A DNA stretch of 64,000 nucleotides from an uncultured Desulfarculus sp. (lineage in GTDB: Bacteria > Desulfobacterota > Desulfarculia > Desulfarculales > Desulfarculaceae). A program made the translations under genes and the position numbers. The first letter of the stretch is position 1, and every line of letters starts with the position of its first letter. The DNA lies in assembly GCA_963665125.2 (NCBI GenBank), contig CAXXUK010000001.1:1536001-1600000 (forward strand), written 5' to 3'. Below are positions 30,128 to 40,720 of the stretch, one piece after another. The notes below the pieces were generated by a model. That model saw only the letters and a list, made by a program, of their open reading frames with translations, searched no databases and had not been told where the DNA came from.

Positions 30128-32770
30128 ATGCCCGCCAAAGAAAATCGTTTTTCCCCAACGGCCTTGCTCATATGTTTATTGGCCGTTGTTTTCGTTTCTT
30201 GGTCCGCCAACGCCCCGGCCCAGACCCGTGGTTCGCTTTTCCCCGGCCTGTACCAGAGCCAGGACGCCTCGGCAAGCTGCCGCCTGTCGGCCATGCCGGA
30301 CGGCTCCATGCTGATGATGCTGTGGCAGGGCGGCGCGCGCCAGGCCGGCCAGCGGGGCGGGTTTTCCTTTGGCGGGCGCCTGGTGGCCGGCTCCGAAGGG
30401 CGCTTGGCCGGGGCCTTTCAGTCCCTGCCTGGCACCTGCTGCCCTGTGTCGGGCCGCATCGAGTTGCAGGCCTCGGGCGCCGACACCTTTAATATCGTCT
30501 ATTTCGCCCCCGCCCTTGGGGAGCCGTCCTGGCGGCTGATGCCGGGCATGCAGTTCAGCCGTGTGGCCGAACCGGCCCCGGCCAGCCCCTTGCAGCGGCT
30601 TTCCGGCGGCTGGCGCATGGTCTACTGGTACACCGACCTTTTGCCCGGCGGGGCCAGCGCCGATACGGTTTCCGGATCCCTGTCCCTGGAGGTCAGCGGA
30701 GAGGGTCTGAGCGGCAAATGGCTGGGCAAACCAGGCGAATTGAGCATTACGCCGTCAACAGGCGGCGCGGTGCTGAACTACCGCGACGCCAAGGCGGGCT
30801 TTAGCCTGGAGGCCGATCTCAGTGAGCAGGCCCAGGGGTTGGCCCTGTCCGGGGCCTTCCGTTCCACCTTGGGCGCGGGCCGTCTGTTATTGGTCCGCCA
30901 GGGTCTGCCCGCATCGCCCCAGGCCCAGGGATCGGCCGAGGGCAGCTTATTGTCCGGCCTGTGGGTCAACCCCCTGACCGGCCGCGACTTTTACGAAATC
31001 AGCGATGCTCCCGGCGGCATAAGTTTTACGGCCTACGGCGGCAGCAAAAAGAGCCCGCGCTATCTCAGCAAGGGCCAGGCCGCCCAGGACGCCCAGGGTC
31101 TCTGGACCGGCACGGCCAAGGACCAGCCTGGCTATTGCTGCGGAAAACAGGGCCGCATCAGCTTTCAGACAACCGACGGCGGCCGCCTGGAGGTTCGATC
31201 ATTCTGGTGGCCCCAGGGCCAGAAAGACCCCGGCGGACAACTCGGCAATCTGGTTGTCTTGAAGCGGGCGTCCGAGCAAAAATCCGGCGGCCAGGCCCAA
31301 GAACAGCAAGGCTGGCCCCTGGTGGTGGCGGCCCAGCCGGGCCTGTTGGACACCAGCGCCGGTACCTTGGCCGTGGAGTTCACCTGGAAACCCGTGGGCG
31401 GTTCCAGGGCCCAGACCCTGTTCTCCCAGGGCGGCTACGGCCGGGACATGGACATCTATATCGACCGCAACGGTCATCTTGCAGCCCTGATTACCACGGA
31501 CCAGGGCCCGGTGAGCCTGGAAAGCGACGCGGCCGTGGTTCCCGACACACCGCACAAGGCCTGGCTGGTCTACAAATCCGGCGATGAAGCCAGGTTGATC
31601 CTGGACGGCCAAGAGGTGGCCGATGAAGACATGGACGGCAAATGGACCGGATCGCAGTCCCCCTACATCATCGGCGCCAGCCGCTGGCCCGGCCGGGAAT
31701 TCCAGGGCGAAATCACCAAGGTGAGCCTCTGGGGCACCAACCAGGATCACCAGGCCCCGGAAGAGGCCGCCCTGGTCATCGAGCCACAGGTAAGCGGAGA
31801 CGGCGGCCCCGCAAAGGCCCAGCAAACAAGCCAGGAACTAATCACGTTGACCCGCCTGTGGAATCCCAGGCTGATGCAGCACGCCTATGTGGTGGACCAG
31901 CAGCAGCAGGAAAAGCTTGCCGATGAGGGTTTCCGGTCCGGCGGCCCCCTGGCCGGGCTGTGGAAGGAACCAGGTGACGGCATGGTGCAGCTATGGGCCC
32001 ACCGCTACCAGGCCGACGGGCCGTTTATAATCACCAAGGGCAAGCAGTCCCCTCCCGGATACAAGGCCATGTGGCCCCTGGGTTACGCCAAGGTCTCTTC
32101 CGGTGACGCCACGGTGGCCTTGCTGGGATTCAGCGGCAAATTCGCTGCGCCCCTGGGCCGGGGACCGGCCAAAACCGACAACCTCTACTCCACGCTCAAG
32201 GACGAACAAGGCCGTCTGGCCGGGGCCGGTTACGACACGCCCAATATCGTGGCCCACGTCCGCCCTGCCGGAGAAAAGCAGCCAGCCGTTCCCCTGCCCT
32301 ATACCTGGGCCGGGTCATGGCAGGGCGAGGGCTGGGGCCGCTTTTTCATCAAAAGAAGCGGCAGCCGATTGTTCATGTTCTGGTACTATTCCACCCGACA
32401 GGGGCCGCACTACTTTGGGCGCTATCTGCTCAGCCACGACGGCACCTCGGCCACCGGCTTCGCCGTGGGCAAGCCCTCGGGCGCCCAGGCGACATACTAC
32501 CGACATAAACTGGAATTCCTGCTGGATTCCCCGGACGGGCCCAGAATCAAGCTGACATCCGAGCGCCTTGCCGCGCCCCTGGACGACGGCAGGCTGGTCA
32601 AATTCAAGCAGCCCAAGACCACGATCGGGGAACTGGAAAAGACCTCGCCCCAGGTGCCGGGCAAAGACGCCGCCATCCTTCTGGAGGCCTCGGAAGAGTT
32701 TGATCCGGCCTTGATGTACGAGCGTGCCGTCAATCTGGCCAGGGACGAAAACAGGCTATTGGAGCGATAA
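30128..32770 (+). CDS. Large secreted multidomain protein (LamG-like central domain)
   Basis: Signal-like N-terminus; LamG-like segment (ARLILDGQEV...IIGA...FQGEITKVSLW); duplicated PGxCC motifs. Confidence 0.65.
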   Translation: MPAKENRFSPTALLICLLAVVFVSWSANAPAQTRGSLFPGLYQSQDASASCRLSAMPDGSMLMMLWQGGARQAGQRGGFSFGGRLVAGSEGRLAGAFQSLPGTCCPVSGRIELQASGADTFNIVYFAPALGEPSWRLMPGMQFSRVAEPAPASPLQRLSGGWRMVYWYTDLLPGGASADTVSGSLSLEVSGEGLSGKWLGKPGELSITPSTGGAVLNYRDAKAGFSLEADLSEQAQGLALSGAFRSTLGAGRLLLVRQGLPASPQAQGSAEGSLLSGLWVNPLTGRDFYEISDAPGGISFTAYGGSKKSPRYLSKGQAAQDAQGLWTGTAKDQPGYCCGKQGRISFQTTDGGRLEVRSFWWPQGQKDPGGQLGNLVVLKRASEQKSGGQAQEQQGWPLVVAAQPGLLDTSAGTLAVEFTWKPVGGSRAQTLFSQGGYGRDMDIYIDRNGHLAALITTDQGPVSLESDAAVVPDTPHKAWLVYKSGDEARLILDGQEVADEDMDGKWTGSQSPYIIGASRWPGREFQGEITKVSLWGTNQDHQAPEEAALVIEPQVSGDGGPAKAQQTSQELITLTRLWNPRLMQHAYVVDQQQQEKLADEGFRSGGPLAGLWKEPGDGMVQLWAHRYQADGPFIITKGKQSPPGYKAMWPLGYAKVSSGDATVALLGFSGKFAAPLGRGPAKTDNLYSTLKDEQGRLAGAGYDTPNIVAHVRPAGEKQPAVPLPYTWAGSWQGEGWGRFFIKRSGSRLFMFWYYSTRQGPHYFGRYLLSHDGTSATGFAVGKPSGAQATYYRHKLEFLLDSPDGPRIKLTSERLAAPLDDGRLVKFKQPKTTIGELEKTSPQVPGKDAAILLEASEEFDPALMYERAVNLARDENRLLER

Positions 32771-33480
32771 TGAACAGCGCCGAAATCAAACAGCAAATGC
32801 GCCGGGACCTGGGAGCACGCTGGGCAGGCTTATGGCCGGACACTGCGGTTCCGGACAGGCCGCCCGTATTCGAGAGCGTGGGCAAGGCAGCCCAGCGTCT
32901 GCGCGCCCTGCCCCAATACCGCATTGCCCGCAATATTTTCATCATGCCCGACCCGGTGCTGTTGCAGGTGAGGATCAACGCCTTGCAGGACGGCAAAAAC
33001 CTGCTGGCAGCCACCCCCGGGCTAAAGCAGGGCCTCGTGCGCATCACCCCTGACCAGGTGCCCGTGGCCGCCCGCAGCCGGGACCTGCGCGGCGGAGCCA
33101 TGTTCAAGGCGGGACGGCCCCTGCGCCTGCCCGAAGACAGCCCCGGCAAGGTTGATCTGATCATTGGCCCGGCCGTTGCCGCCGACCGGTCCGGCAATCT
33201 GCTCGGAGACGGCAGAGGCCTGTTGGACCTGGCTTATGCCCTGCTCAGCCGCGTTGGTTCGGTGTCAAAAAAGACGAACCTTGTCGTGCTCATGGATCAG
33301 GAGCAGATCGTCGACGAGGTGCCCAGGGAGGAATGGGACGTTCCGGCGGGCCTGTTGGTAACCGCCCAACAGGCCATCACCACCGGCGCGGCGCTGCCCC
33401 AACCCGCGTTTTGGGGCGATATGCCCCCCAGGCTGGGCAACCTGCCGCTGGTGCAGGCCATTGCGGAAATGGAAGACTGA
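32770..33480 (+). CDS. 5-formyltetrahydrofolate cyclo-ligase family protein
   Basis: VDLIIGPAVAADRSGNLLGDGRGLLD, WDVP; coupled to the upstream gene by a TAATG overlap. Confidence 0.75.
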   Translation: MNSAEIKQQMRRDLGARWAGLWPDTAVPDRPPVFESVGKAAQRLRALPQYRIARNIFIMPDPVLLQVRINALQDGKNLLAATPGLKQGLVRITPDQVPVAARSRDLRGGAMFKAGRPLRLPEDSPGKVDLIIGPAVAADRSGNLLGDGRGLLDLAYALLSRVGSVSKKTNLVVLMDQEQIVDEVPREEWDVPAGLLVTAQQAITTGAALPQPAFWGDMPPRLGNLPLVQAIAEMED

Positions 33481-33870
33481 TCAGAGTCCGCTGCCCGGCT
33501 TATCCCACCAGTTATCTGATGATTTCTTTTGGATCTCGCCGCTTGGCTTGGTCACGGGTTTGGGCCTGGGCTGAGCCTTCACCGGAGGTTCGGCCTTGGG
33601 CTTTTCGCGTCTTCCGCCCAGGCTGGGCCGCAACTGCTCGAACCTGTCCTGCAGATCGGGCTGATGTTTGAGCGTGGCCGTGATCTTTTCCTGGGTCATC
33701 TTTTCCTTGATGCCGGTCAGGCCCAGATCGTCATCCAACAAAAAGGCCAATATCGAGCCGCCCTCGACCACAACGGCAAAGAAATTGCGAAACGTCACCG
33801 TGGACGCCGTGTGGCCCGTACCGAGTTGGCTCTTTTTTTCTTCCAGATAGATGCCCTCGACAATGCTCAT
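33481..33870 (-). CDS. Hypothetical protein
   Basis: 129 aa, GGAGGA RBS upstream. Confidence 0.6.
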   Translation of the reverse strand: MSIVEGIYLEEKKSQLGTGHTASTVTFRNFFAVVVEGGSILAFLLDDDLGLTGIKEKMTQEKITATLKHQPDLQDRFEQLRPSLGGRREKPKAEPPVKAQPRPKPVTKPSGEIQKKSSDNWWDKPGSGL

Positions 33871-34077
33871 GAACCATCCTCCCGGCTTGGCAAAAAGCCA
33901 TCACGGTTTATTTTTTCTATTATTCGTCGAGTTTGTCTCCTATCTTTATAGTTTAGCCGGGCCCCAAGATTAACGAAAAGCCCTTTTGCATTTAGCGGAC
34001 TAAAAAATTGGCCGGATTATTGTTACAATCGTAAGATATGTCAGGCTTTTCAAACCAGTTGCAGCGGATGGCCATCA

Positions 34078-35523
34078 ATGCGGATTTTGTTTGTTTCTTC
34101 GGAAATCGCTCCCTTTGCCAAAAGCGGCGGCTTGGCCGACGTGGCGGGCAGCCTGCCCAAGGCCTTGGCCGGCCTGGGCCTGGACATGACTCTGGTCATG
34201 CCCCTGTACGGCAATATCGACCGCCAAAAGCACGGCATCACTGACACGGGCGCCCGTGTATGGTCCCCGGCCCTTGGCCGGGAATTCGAGCTTGAGGTCT
34301 GGACCGCCAAGCATGACGGTTGCACGGTCTATTTCCTGCGTAGCGCCGACCTGTTCGACCGGCCGGATCTCTACGGCCCGCCGGGCGGCGAATACGGCGA
34401 CAATCTGCTGCGGTTCGTGGTGTTCAACCGCGGTGTGATCGAACTGGCCCGCTGGCTGGATCTGCGGCCCGACGTGGTGCACGTCCACGACTGGCAGTGC
34501 GCCCTGCTGCCCGCCTTCATCAAAACGCGGCCCTTTGACATCGCGCCCATGGCCAGCTCGGCCTCGGTGATCACCGTGCACAACCTGGCCTACCAGGGCG
34601 TCTACGGCCGTGAGCTGTTCGGCGAAACCCAGTTGCCGCCGTTCATGGACACCATCCAGGGTGCGGAGTATTGGGGCAACATCTCCATCCTCAAGGCCGG
34701 GCTTGTCTGCGCCGACGCCATTACCACGGTCAGCCCCACCTATGCCTGGGAGATCCAGACCCCCGAGGGCGGCCACAGCATGGACGGCGTGCTGGCCTCC
34801 CGGCGCAGCGTCCTGCGGGGCATCCTCAACGGAGCTGATTACGATCTCTGGTCCCCGGAATCCGACCCGTATTTGCCCCAAAAATTCTCGGCGGACGACA
34901 TGACGGGCAAGGTCAACTGCCGCGACGAACTGCTGAACCGTTTCGGTCTGGAGCCGGCCGATGACGGCTGCGCGGTTATCAGCTTCCTGGGACGTCTGAC
35001 CCACCAAAAAGGCGTGGATTTCATCATCGAGACAGTGCCCAAGATCATGCTGGACAATGTGCGGCTGTGCCTGTTCGGCTCGGGCGACTCACACCTGGAA
35101 AACACCTTGCGCGACCTGGCGGCGCGCTATCCCGGACGCCTGGGGGCGATCATCGGCTTCAACGAGGAGCTTGCCCATATCCTGACCTCGGGCAGCGACA
35201 TCCTGCTGATGCCCAGCCGCTATGAGCCTTGCGGGCTCAGCCAGCTCTACGCCATGCGGGCCGGAACCATACCGGTGGTGCGCGCCACGGGCGGCCTGGC
35301 CGATACAGTGCCCCATTTCGACCCCATGGGCGGTCAGGGCACGGGCTTCACATTTGACAGGCCCGACGGCCGAAGCCTGCACTGCGCCCTGCGCGAGGCC
35401 CTGTGGACCTTCCAGCGGCCCGAGCTCTGGCGGAGGTTGCAGCATAACGCCATGAGCAAGGACTATTCCTGGGACGCCAGCGCCCGGCAATACATGGCCC
35501 TATACCACGAAATCGCCTCATAA
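34078..35523 (+). CDS. glgA: Glycogen synthase
   Basis: APFAKSGGLADV, HVHDWQ, TVHNLAYQG, MPSRYEPCGLSQL, TGGLADTV. Confidence 0.95.
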   Translation: MRILFVSSEIAPFAKSGGLADVAGSLPKALAGLGLDMTLVMPLYGNIDRQKHGITDTGARVWSPALGREFELEVWTAKHDGCTVYFLRSADLFDRPDLYGPPGGEYGDNLLRFVVFNRGVIELARWLDLRPDVVHVHDWQCALLPAFIKTRPFDIAPMASSASVITVHNLAYQGVYGRELFGETQLPPFMDTIQGAEYWGNISILKAGLVCADAITTVSPTYAWEIQTPEGGHSMDGVLASRRSVLRGILNGADYDLWSPESDPYLPQKFSADDMTGKVNCRDELLNRFGLEPADDGCAVISFLGRLTHQKGVDFIIETVPKIMLDNVRLCLFGSGDSHLENTLRDLAARYPGRLGAIIGFNEELAHILTSGSDILLMPSRYEPCGLSQLYAMRAGTIPVVRATGGLADTVPHFDPMGGQGTGFTFDRPDGRSLHCALREALWTFQRPELWRRLQHNAMSKDYSWDASARQYMALYHEIAS

Positions 35524-35529
35524 ATAAAC

Positions 35530-35551
35530 GCGGCGGCCTTTCGGCCGCCGC
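35530..35551. terminator. Hairpin terminator between convergent genes
   Basis: GCGGCGGCC-TTTC-GGCCGCCGC perfect 9-bp stem. Confidence 0.75.
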
Positions 35552-35574
35552 ATTCGAATCGATAAAAAACGCTG

Positions 35575-36474
35575 TTAGTTAAACAGACCCTTGAGGACCT
35601 TCATGCCCTGTTCCACGGCCTCTTCGGCGCCTCCGCTGCTATCTTCTTCGCCAGCCGGCTCCCTCTGGGAGGAATCATCGCCGTCTTGATAGGTCGGCCG
35701 CTGGGTATTGAACATGGCGCCCATGCCGGACTTGCCGCTGTTTTTACCGAAGTTGGGGTCCTTGAGGTTGTCCATCCACTGCTTGGCCATATTGCGCTGC
35801 TGCTGATCGGCCTGTTCATCCCAGACGACCTTGAGGCCGGCCGGAACGGCAAAGGCGCTGCCGGGCAATGAAACGTTGGTGTCAACGCTGGTGGCGGCGG
35901 AGTTGATCTTGATCGGCCCCAGGCTGCCCTCGGTCTTGAGCGTGATCCCGGTGTCTTCCCAAACATAGCTGGTCATACCCATGACAGTAACGATCTCCAC
36001 GTTCTTGCCCATGAGTTTGCCTTTTCTTTTTTTAACGTCCATGCCTGGCATCATGCCGGCCAGGTTCTGGCCCATGCCTTCGGCGTTCTTGCGCACCGTG
36101 GCCTTTTCCGAGGAGCTGAGCTTGTCGTATTCCTGGGCCATGTAATACATGAAATTGCCAGATTCGATGGCCCGCTGTTCAACCAGGTCGATCTGGGTGA
36201 TGGTCTTCTGTTTGGTGATGGTGATGGTCTTCTGCTCGTTGGTCATGCCAAAGACGGTCGTCTTGGCATCGGTATGAATGGCCCGGTCAAGGCCATTGAC
36301 GTAAAGCACTTCCTTGCCGCTGGAGGTGCCCTTGAGCGTGTATTTCACGATAGCCGTTTTAAAGGGCGGTTTTTTGGGGCTGAAGGGGTTATCAGCGGCC
36401 AGGGCCAAACCGACAGTCATGGCCAGGGCGATTGTGGCCGCGACAATAGAAAAGACTACTCTGTTCAGCTTCAT
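35575..36474 (-). CDS. Secreted hypothetical protein
   Basis: Signal peptide ending ALA; beta-rich; acidic tail ending LKGLFN. Confidence 0.65.
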   Translation of the reverse strand: MKLNRVVFSIVAATIALAMTVGLALAADNPFSPKKPPFKTAIVKYTLKGTSSGKEVLYVNGLDRAIHTDAKTTVFGMTNEQKTITITKQKTITQIDLVEQRAIESGNFMYYMAQEYDKLSSSEKATVRKNAEGMGQNLAGMMPGMDVKKRKGKLMGKNVEIVTVMGMTSYVWEDTGITLKTEGSLGPIKINSAATSVDTNVSLPGSAFAVPAGLKVVWDEQADQQQRNMAKQWMDNLKDPNFGKNSGKSGMGAMFNTQRPTYQDGDDSSQREPAGEEDSSGGAEEAVEQGMKVLKGLFN

Positions 36475-36495
36475 GTAAGGTATCTCTCCGTTTTT

Positions 36496-37347
36496 TCATT
36501 TCTTCATGTTTTGTCCGGACTGGGCGCCGCCGGTGCGATAGCCCTCAAGGTCCAAACAGGCCTGATCATAGCCCGCCTTGTGAATTTCGTCCACGATACT
36601 TTTTCGACAAGGCTCCCCGACAGCTTTGGCCAATCCTGCCGGGTCCAATTCTATTCGGGCCAGGGGGTAATGGTCCCGAACCCTTAGCTGGACGTTGCCC
36701 ATGATGCCTCGGACCCCTTGTTCGGCCCTGCCTATGCGGGCCAAGGTGTCTTTGTCCAGTGGCCGTCCGTACGGCACCCTGCTGGCCAGACAAGCGCTGG
36801 CGGCAATATCGGCCGTGGGCAGGCCCAGGGCCCGGCTCAGGCCGCGGATGCGCTTTTTGCCCAGTCCGGCCTCGGCCAGGGGACTGCGCACCCTCAGCTC
36901 TTTTACAGCCAGCGCGCCCGGCCGGTCATCCGCGGAGTCGTCGAGGTGGCTGCCCTCGGCGACATGGGCCATGCCCATCTCGGCGGCCAAACCCAGCATC
37001 AGCTCCAGCCTGCGTCGTTTGCAAAAATAGCAACGTCTTGGGCTGTTGGCCCTTATTTCCTCAATTGCCAGTTCTCCGGCATCCTTGCTTATTAGCTGGA
37101 CGCCCAAGGACTGGCATATCTTTCGGGCACGTTCTTTTTCCCATGGCGGGGTGAAGTCGCCCTCGCAAAGCACGGCAACGGCCCTGTCTCCCAGGGCGCC
37201 GTGGGCCGCCGCCAACAAGAGTGTGGAGTCCACGCCTCCGGAAAAGGCGACCAATACCGAGCCCATGCCGCTCAGTATTGCTTTGAGTCCGGCCCACGCC
37301 CCAGCGTCCTCCCCGCTCAGGGAGCTTTCGTCATATACGGGATTCAT
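36496..37347 (-). CDS. larE: ATP-dependent sulfur transferase LarE family
   Basis: AFSGGVDS, RCYFCK, DDRPG, SACLASRVPYG, LRVRDH, DLEGYRTG. Confidence 0.9.
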   Translation of the reverse strand: MNPVYDESSLSGEDAGAWAGLKAILSGMGSVLVAFSGGVDSTLLLAAAHGALGDRAVAVLCEGDFTPPWEKERARKICQSLGVQLISKDAGELAIEEIRANSPRRCYFCKRRRLELMLGLAAEMGMAHVAEGSHLDDSADDRPGALAVKELRVRSPLAEAGLGKKRIRGLSRALGLPTADIAASACLASRVPYGRPLDKDTLARIGRAEQGVRGIMGNVQLRVRDHYPLARIELDPAGLAKAVGEPCRKSIVDEIHKAGYDQACLDLEGYRTGGAQSGQNMKK

Positions 37348-37350
37348 GCC

Positions 37351-37944
37351 CTATTCCATCACCCGATGGCCGGCCCCGGTCAGCAAGGAGCTGATTTTCG
37401 AAATGTCGCCCATTCTCAAGCGAAATGAGTAAATCCTTCGGCCGGGCTCGGCAGGCAGTTGGGAAACGCTAACGATCTGTCCACCGTTTTCGGCGATTAT
37501 GGCGTGCACCTGCTGAAGGGCCCCGTCAAACTCGGCCAACACCACATCCAGCCGACGGGTCTCGTCCAACAGGCCCATGACCTCCAGGAACAGGCCCAGG
37601 ATATCGGCTTGGGTGATGATGCCCACCAAGTAGCCGTTTTCCAGCACAGGCAAACCGGTGATCTTGTTGTGGTGCAACAAACGCGCGGCCTGAAACACGG
37701 TTTCGTCGCTGCGAACCGTCACCGGCTGTTTGACCATCACGTCTTCAACCGTGAGGCTTTCCAGCAGCGAAGGGAACCAGGCGGTCCGCAGTTCAATGTC
37801 CGTGACCAGCCCCACCAGCTTTTGATTCTGGATAACCGGCAGATGACGCACCTGGTTGGTGCGCATCATTTTCAGGGCCTCGTCCACGGTGACATCGGGC
37901 GCTATGGTCAACGGCGCGGCTGTCATCCGGTTGGCAACCTTCAT
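37351..37944 (-). CDS. CBS + ACT domain protein (AcuB-like)
   Basis: Two CBS repeats (RHLPV, GLPV...GIITQAD) plus a C-terminal ACT-like domain. Confidence 0.85.
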   Translation of the reverse strand: MKVANRMTAAPLTIAPDVTVDEALKMMRTNQVRHLPVIQNQKLVGLVTDIELRTAWFPSLLESLTVEDVMVKQPVTVRSDETVFQAARLLHHNKITGLPVLENGYLVGIITQADILGLFLEVMGLLDETRRLDVVLAEFDGALQQVHAIIAENGGQIVSVSQLPAEPGRRIYSFRLRMGDISKISSLLTGAGHRVME

Positions 37945-38242
37945 ATATCGGCCTCCCTTGGTTAGCTCCTTTTATTGAATTAACAGCTTTTTGCCGCAAA
38001 GTGGTATAAAATCACCAAAACGCCATAAATTTGACTGGCAGGTCACTTATTTTTATTACTGTCGAGCCTTCGCTACGGCGGTTATTTTAGTGCACCTTTT
38101 TTTGCTTCTATGATAATCTGAAATTGTGGATTATTTAGGTTTATTTTATTTTTGTTTTTATTTTTAGCTAGTTAGCACAGCTTTTCTCAACACCACGCCC
38201 GATTTGATTTGAAGTCGGGTGCACCTCAAAGGAGGTTGGGGC

Positions 38243-39877
38243 ATGTCTCCTAAATTCATCTTTGTTACAGGCGGTGTTCTTTCTTCCCTGGGCAAGGGCC
38301 TGGCGGCGGCCAGCATCGGAGCCCTCTTGGAAGCCAGGGGCCTGTCGGTCATCCTGCAAAAACTCGACCCCTACGTCAACGTCGACCCCGGCACAATGAA
38401 CCCGTTCCAGCACGGCGAGGTTTTCGTCACCGACGATGGCGCCGAAACAGACCTGGACCTGGGCCATTACGAACGCTTCACCCACGCCAAGCTGGGCAAA
38501 CACTGCAACCACACCACGGGCAGCATCTATTACAGCGTCATCACTAAGGAGCGCCGGGGCGACTACCTGGGCGGCACGGTCCAGATCATCCCCCACGTCA
38601 CCGATGAAATCAAAAAGGCCATCCACGATGTGGCCCAGGGCGTGGACCTGGCCATCATCGAAATCGGCGGTACGGTGGGCGATATCGAGTCCCTGCCCTT
38701 CCTGGAGGCCATCCGCCAGTTCCGGGCCGACGTGGGCCGCGAAAACTGCCTCTACATCCACCTGACCCTGGTGCCCTATATCAAGGCCGCCGGAGAGCTG
38801 AAAACCAAACCCACCCAGCACTCGGTCTCCGAACTGCGCCGCGTGGGTATCCAGCCCGACATTCTTTTGTGCCGCACGGAAAAGCCCCTGGAAAAGGGCA
38901 TGAAGGAAAAGATCGCCCTTTTCTGTAACGTGGAACCGGAAGCGGTCATTACCGCCATCGACGTCGATCACATCTATGAAGTCCCCCTGACCTTCCACGA
39001 ACAGGGCATGGACGAGCAGATCTGCCGCAAGCTCAACATCTGGACCCGCACGCCGCACCTGCAGAACTGGGAGGAGCTGGTTTACAAGATCCACAACCTC
39101 GGCAATGAGCTCACCATCGCCATGGTCGGCAAATACGTGGACTTGCGCGAGTCCTACAAGAGCCTCAACGAAGCGCTGTACCATGGCGGCGTGGCTAACA
39201 ACACCAAGGTCAACATCAAATTCATCGACAGCGAGCAGGTCGAGCGCGAGGGCGTGGAAATCATCGGCGACGTGGACGGCATCCTGGTGCCGGGCGGCTT
39301 TGGGGCCAGAGGCGTCGAAGGCAAGCTCAAGGCCGTGCAAATGGCCCGTGAGAAAAAGATCCCCTACTTCGGCATCTGCTATGGCCTGCACATGGCCGTC
39401 ATCGAATTCGCCCGCAATGTCATGGGCTGGAAAGACGCCCATTCCGGCGAGATCGATCCCAACTCCACGCACCAGGTCATCTATCTCATGCGTGAGTGGT
39501 TTGATTTCCGCACCCAGAAAATCGAACGCCGCGACGAAGGAACCGACATGGGCGGCACCATGCGCCTGGGCGCCTATCCCTGCAAGCTCATCGAGGGCAC
39601 ACTGGCCCACAAGGCCTACCGCGCCGAGGAAATATCCGAGCGCCACCGCCACCGCTATGAGTACAACAACGAATACCGTGATACACTGCAGGAAGCGGGC
39701 CTCATCGTCAGCGGCACCAGCCCGGACGGCGAACTGGTGGAAATCGTTGAGTTGGCCGACCATCCCTGGTTCCTGGGATGCCAGTTCCACCCGGAGTTCA
39801 AGTCAAGGCCCATGGACCCCCATCCGCTGTTCCGCGAATACATCCGGGCGGCGTTGCGCTATAAAAACAGCAAATAG
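38243..39877 (+). CDS. pyrG: CTP synthase
   Basis: [40 protein letters not shown]. Confidence 0.98.
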   Translation: MSPKFIFVTGGVLSSLGKGLAAASIGALLEARGLSVILQKLDPYVNVDPGTMNPFQHGEVFVTDDGAETDLDLGHYERFTHAKLGKHCNHTTGSIYYSVITKERRGDYLGGTVQIIPHVTDEIKKAIHDVAQGVDLAIIEIGGTVGDIESLPFLEAIRQFRADVGRENCLYIHLTLVPYIKAAGELKTKPTQHSVSELRRVGIQPDILLCRTEKPLEKGMKEKIALFCNVEPEAVITAIDVDHIYEVPLTFHEQGMDEQICRKLNIWTRTPHLQNWEELVYKIHNLGNELTIAMVGKYVDLRESYKSLNEALYHGGVANNTKVNIKFIDSEQVEREGVEIIGDVDGILVPGGFGARGVEGKLKAVQMAREKKIPYFGICYGLHMAVIEFARNVMGWKDAHSGEIDPNSTHQVIYLMREWFDFRTQKIERRDEGTDMGGTMRLGAYPCKLIEGTLAHKAYRAEEISERHRHRYEYNNEYRDTLQEAGLIVSGTSPDGELVEIVELADHPWFLGCQFHPEFKSRPMDPHPLFREYIRAALRYKNSK

Positions 39878-39886
39878 GTCTGAGCC

Positions 39887-40720
39887 ATGAGCAAACCAGC
39901 CAGCAAGGTAAACATCGGCGGCAAACAGTTCGGCCGCGATGAATTTTTCGTTATCGCCGGGCCATGCGTCATAGAAAGCCGCGAACTGGCCCTGGAGGTG
40001 GCCTGCCGCCTGGCGTCCATGGCCCAGCGGCTGGACCTGCCCCTGATCTTCAAGTCCAGCTTTGACAAGGCCAACCGCACCAGCATCACCAGCTATCGCG
40101 GCCTTGGCATGGACGAAGGCCTGGGCATCCTCTCCGAGGCCCGCCAGCAAAGCGGCCTGCCCATTATCAGCGACATCCACAACCCTCAGCAGGCCGCACC
40201 GGCCGCCGAGGTCCTGGATGTTTTGCAGATACCGGCCTTTCTTTGCCGCCAGACGGATCTGCTCGTCGCGGCGGGCAACACCGGCAAGCCGGTAAACGTC
40301 AAAAAAGGCCAATTCCTGGCCCCCCACGACGTCGGCCCCCTGGTGCAAAAGGTCCTGGACACCGGCAACCGCAACATCTGGCTTACCGAGCGCGGGGCGT
40401 CCTTCGGCTACAACAATCTGGTGGTGGACATGCGCTCCCTGACCGTCATGGCCCAGACGGGCTGCCCCGTTGTATTCGACGCGACTCACAGCGTGCAGCT
40501 CCCCGGCGGCCTGGGCCAAAGCAGCGGCGGCGAGCGGCGCTTCGTGGGCACCCTGGCCCGGGCCGCGGTGGCCGCCGGAGCCCACGGCGTGTTTCTGGAG
40601 GTCCATCCCCAGCCGGACAAGGCCCTGTGCGACGGACCCAACACCCTGCCCCTGGACGAGGTCGAAGGCCTGCTGCGGCAGCTGAAAAGCATCTACCAAC
40701 TCGTGCGCGGAGACGACTAA
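39887..40720 (+). CDS. kdsA: KDO8P synthase
   Basis: IAGPCVIE, KSSFDKANRTS, QIPAFLCRQT, FDATHSVQ. Confidence 0.97.
   Translation: MSKPASKVNIGGKQFGRDEFFVIAGPCVIESRELALEVACRLASMAQRLDLPLIFKSSFDKANRTSITSYRGLGMDEGLGILSEARQQSGLPIISDIHNPQQAAPAAEVLDVLQIPAFLCRQTDLLVAAGNTGKPVNVKKGQFLAPHDVGPLVQKVLDTGNRNIWLTERGASFGYNNLVVDMRSLTVMAQTGCPVVFDATHSVQLPGGLGQSSGGERRFVGTLARAAVAAGAHGVFLEVHPQPDKALCDGPNTLPLDEVEGLLRQLKSIYQLVRGDD

Noticed and set aside
38168..39790. 540-aa ORF antisense to pyrG, and similar long shadows such as 47040-49199, 12699-13862, 25529-26554, 34075-35007 and 46108-47043
   Set aside because: They mirror well-supported genes on the other strand, as expected from GC-rich codon bias, and show no family motifs.
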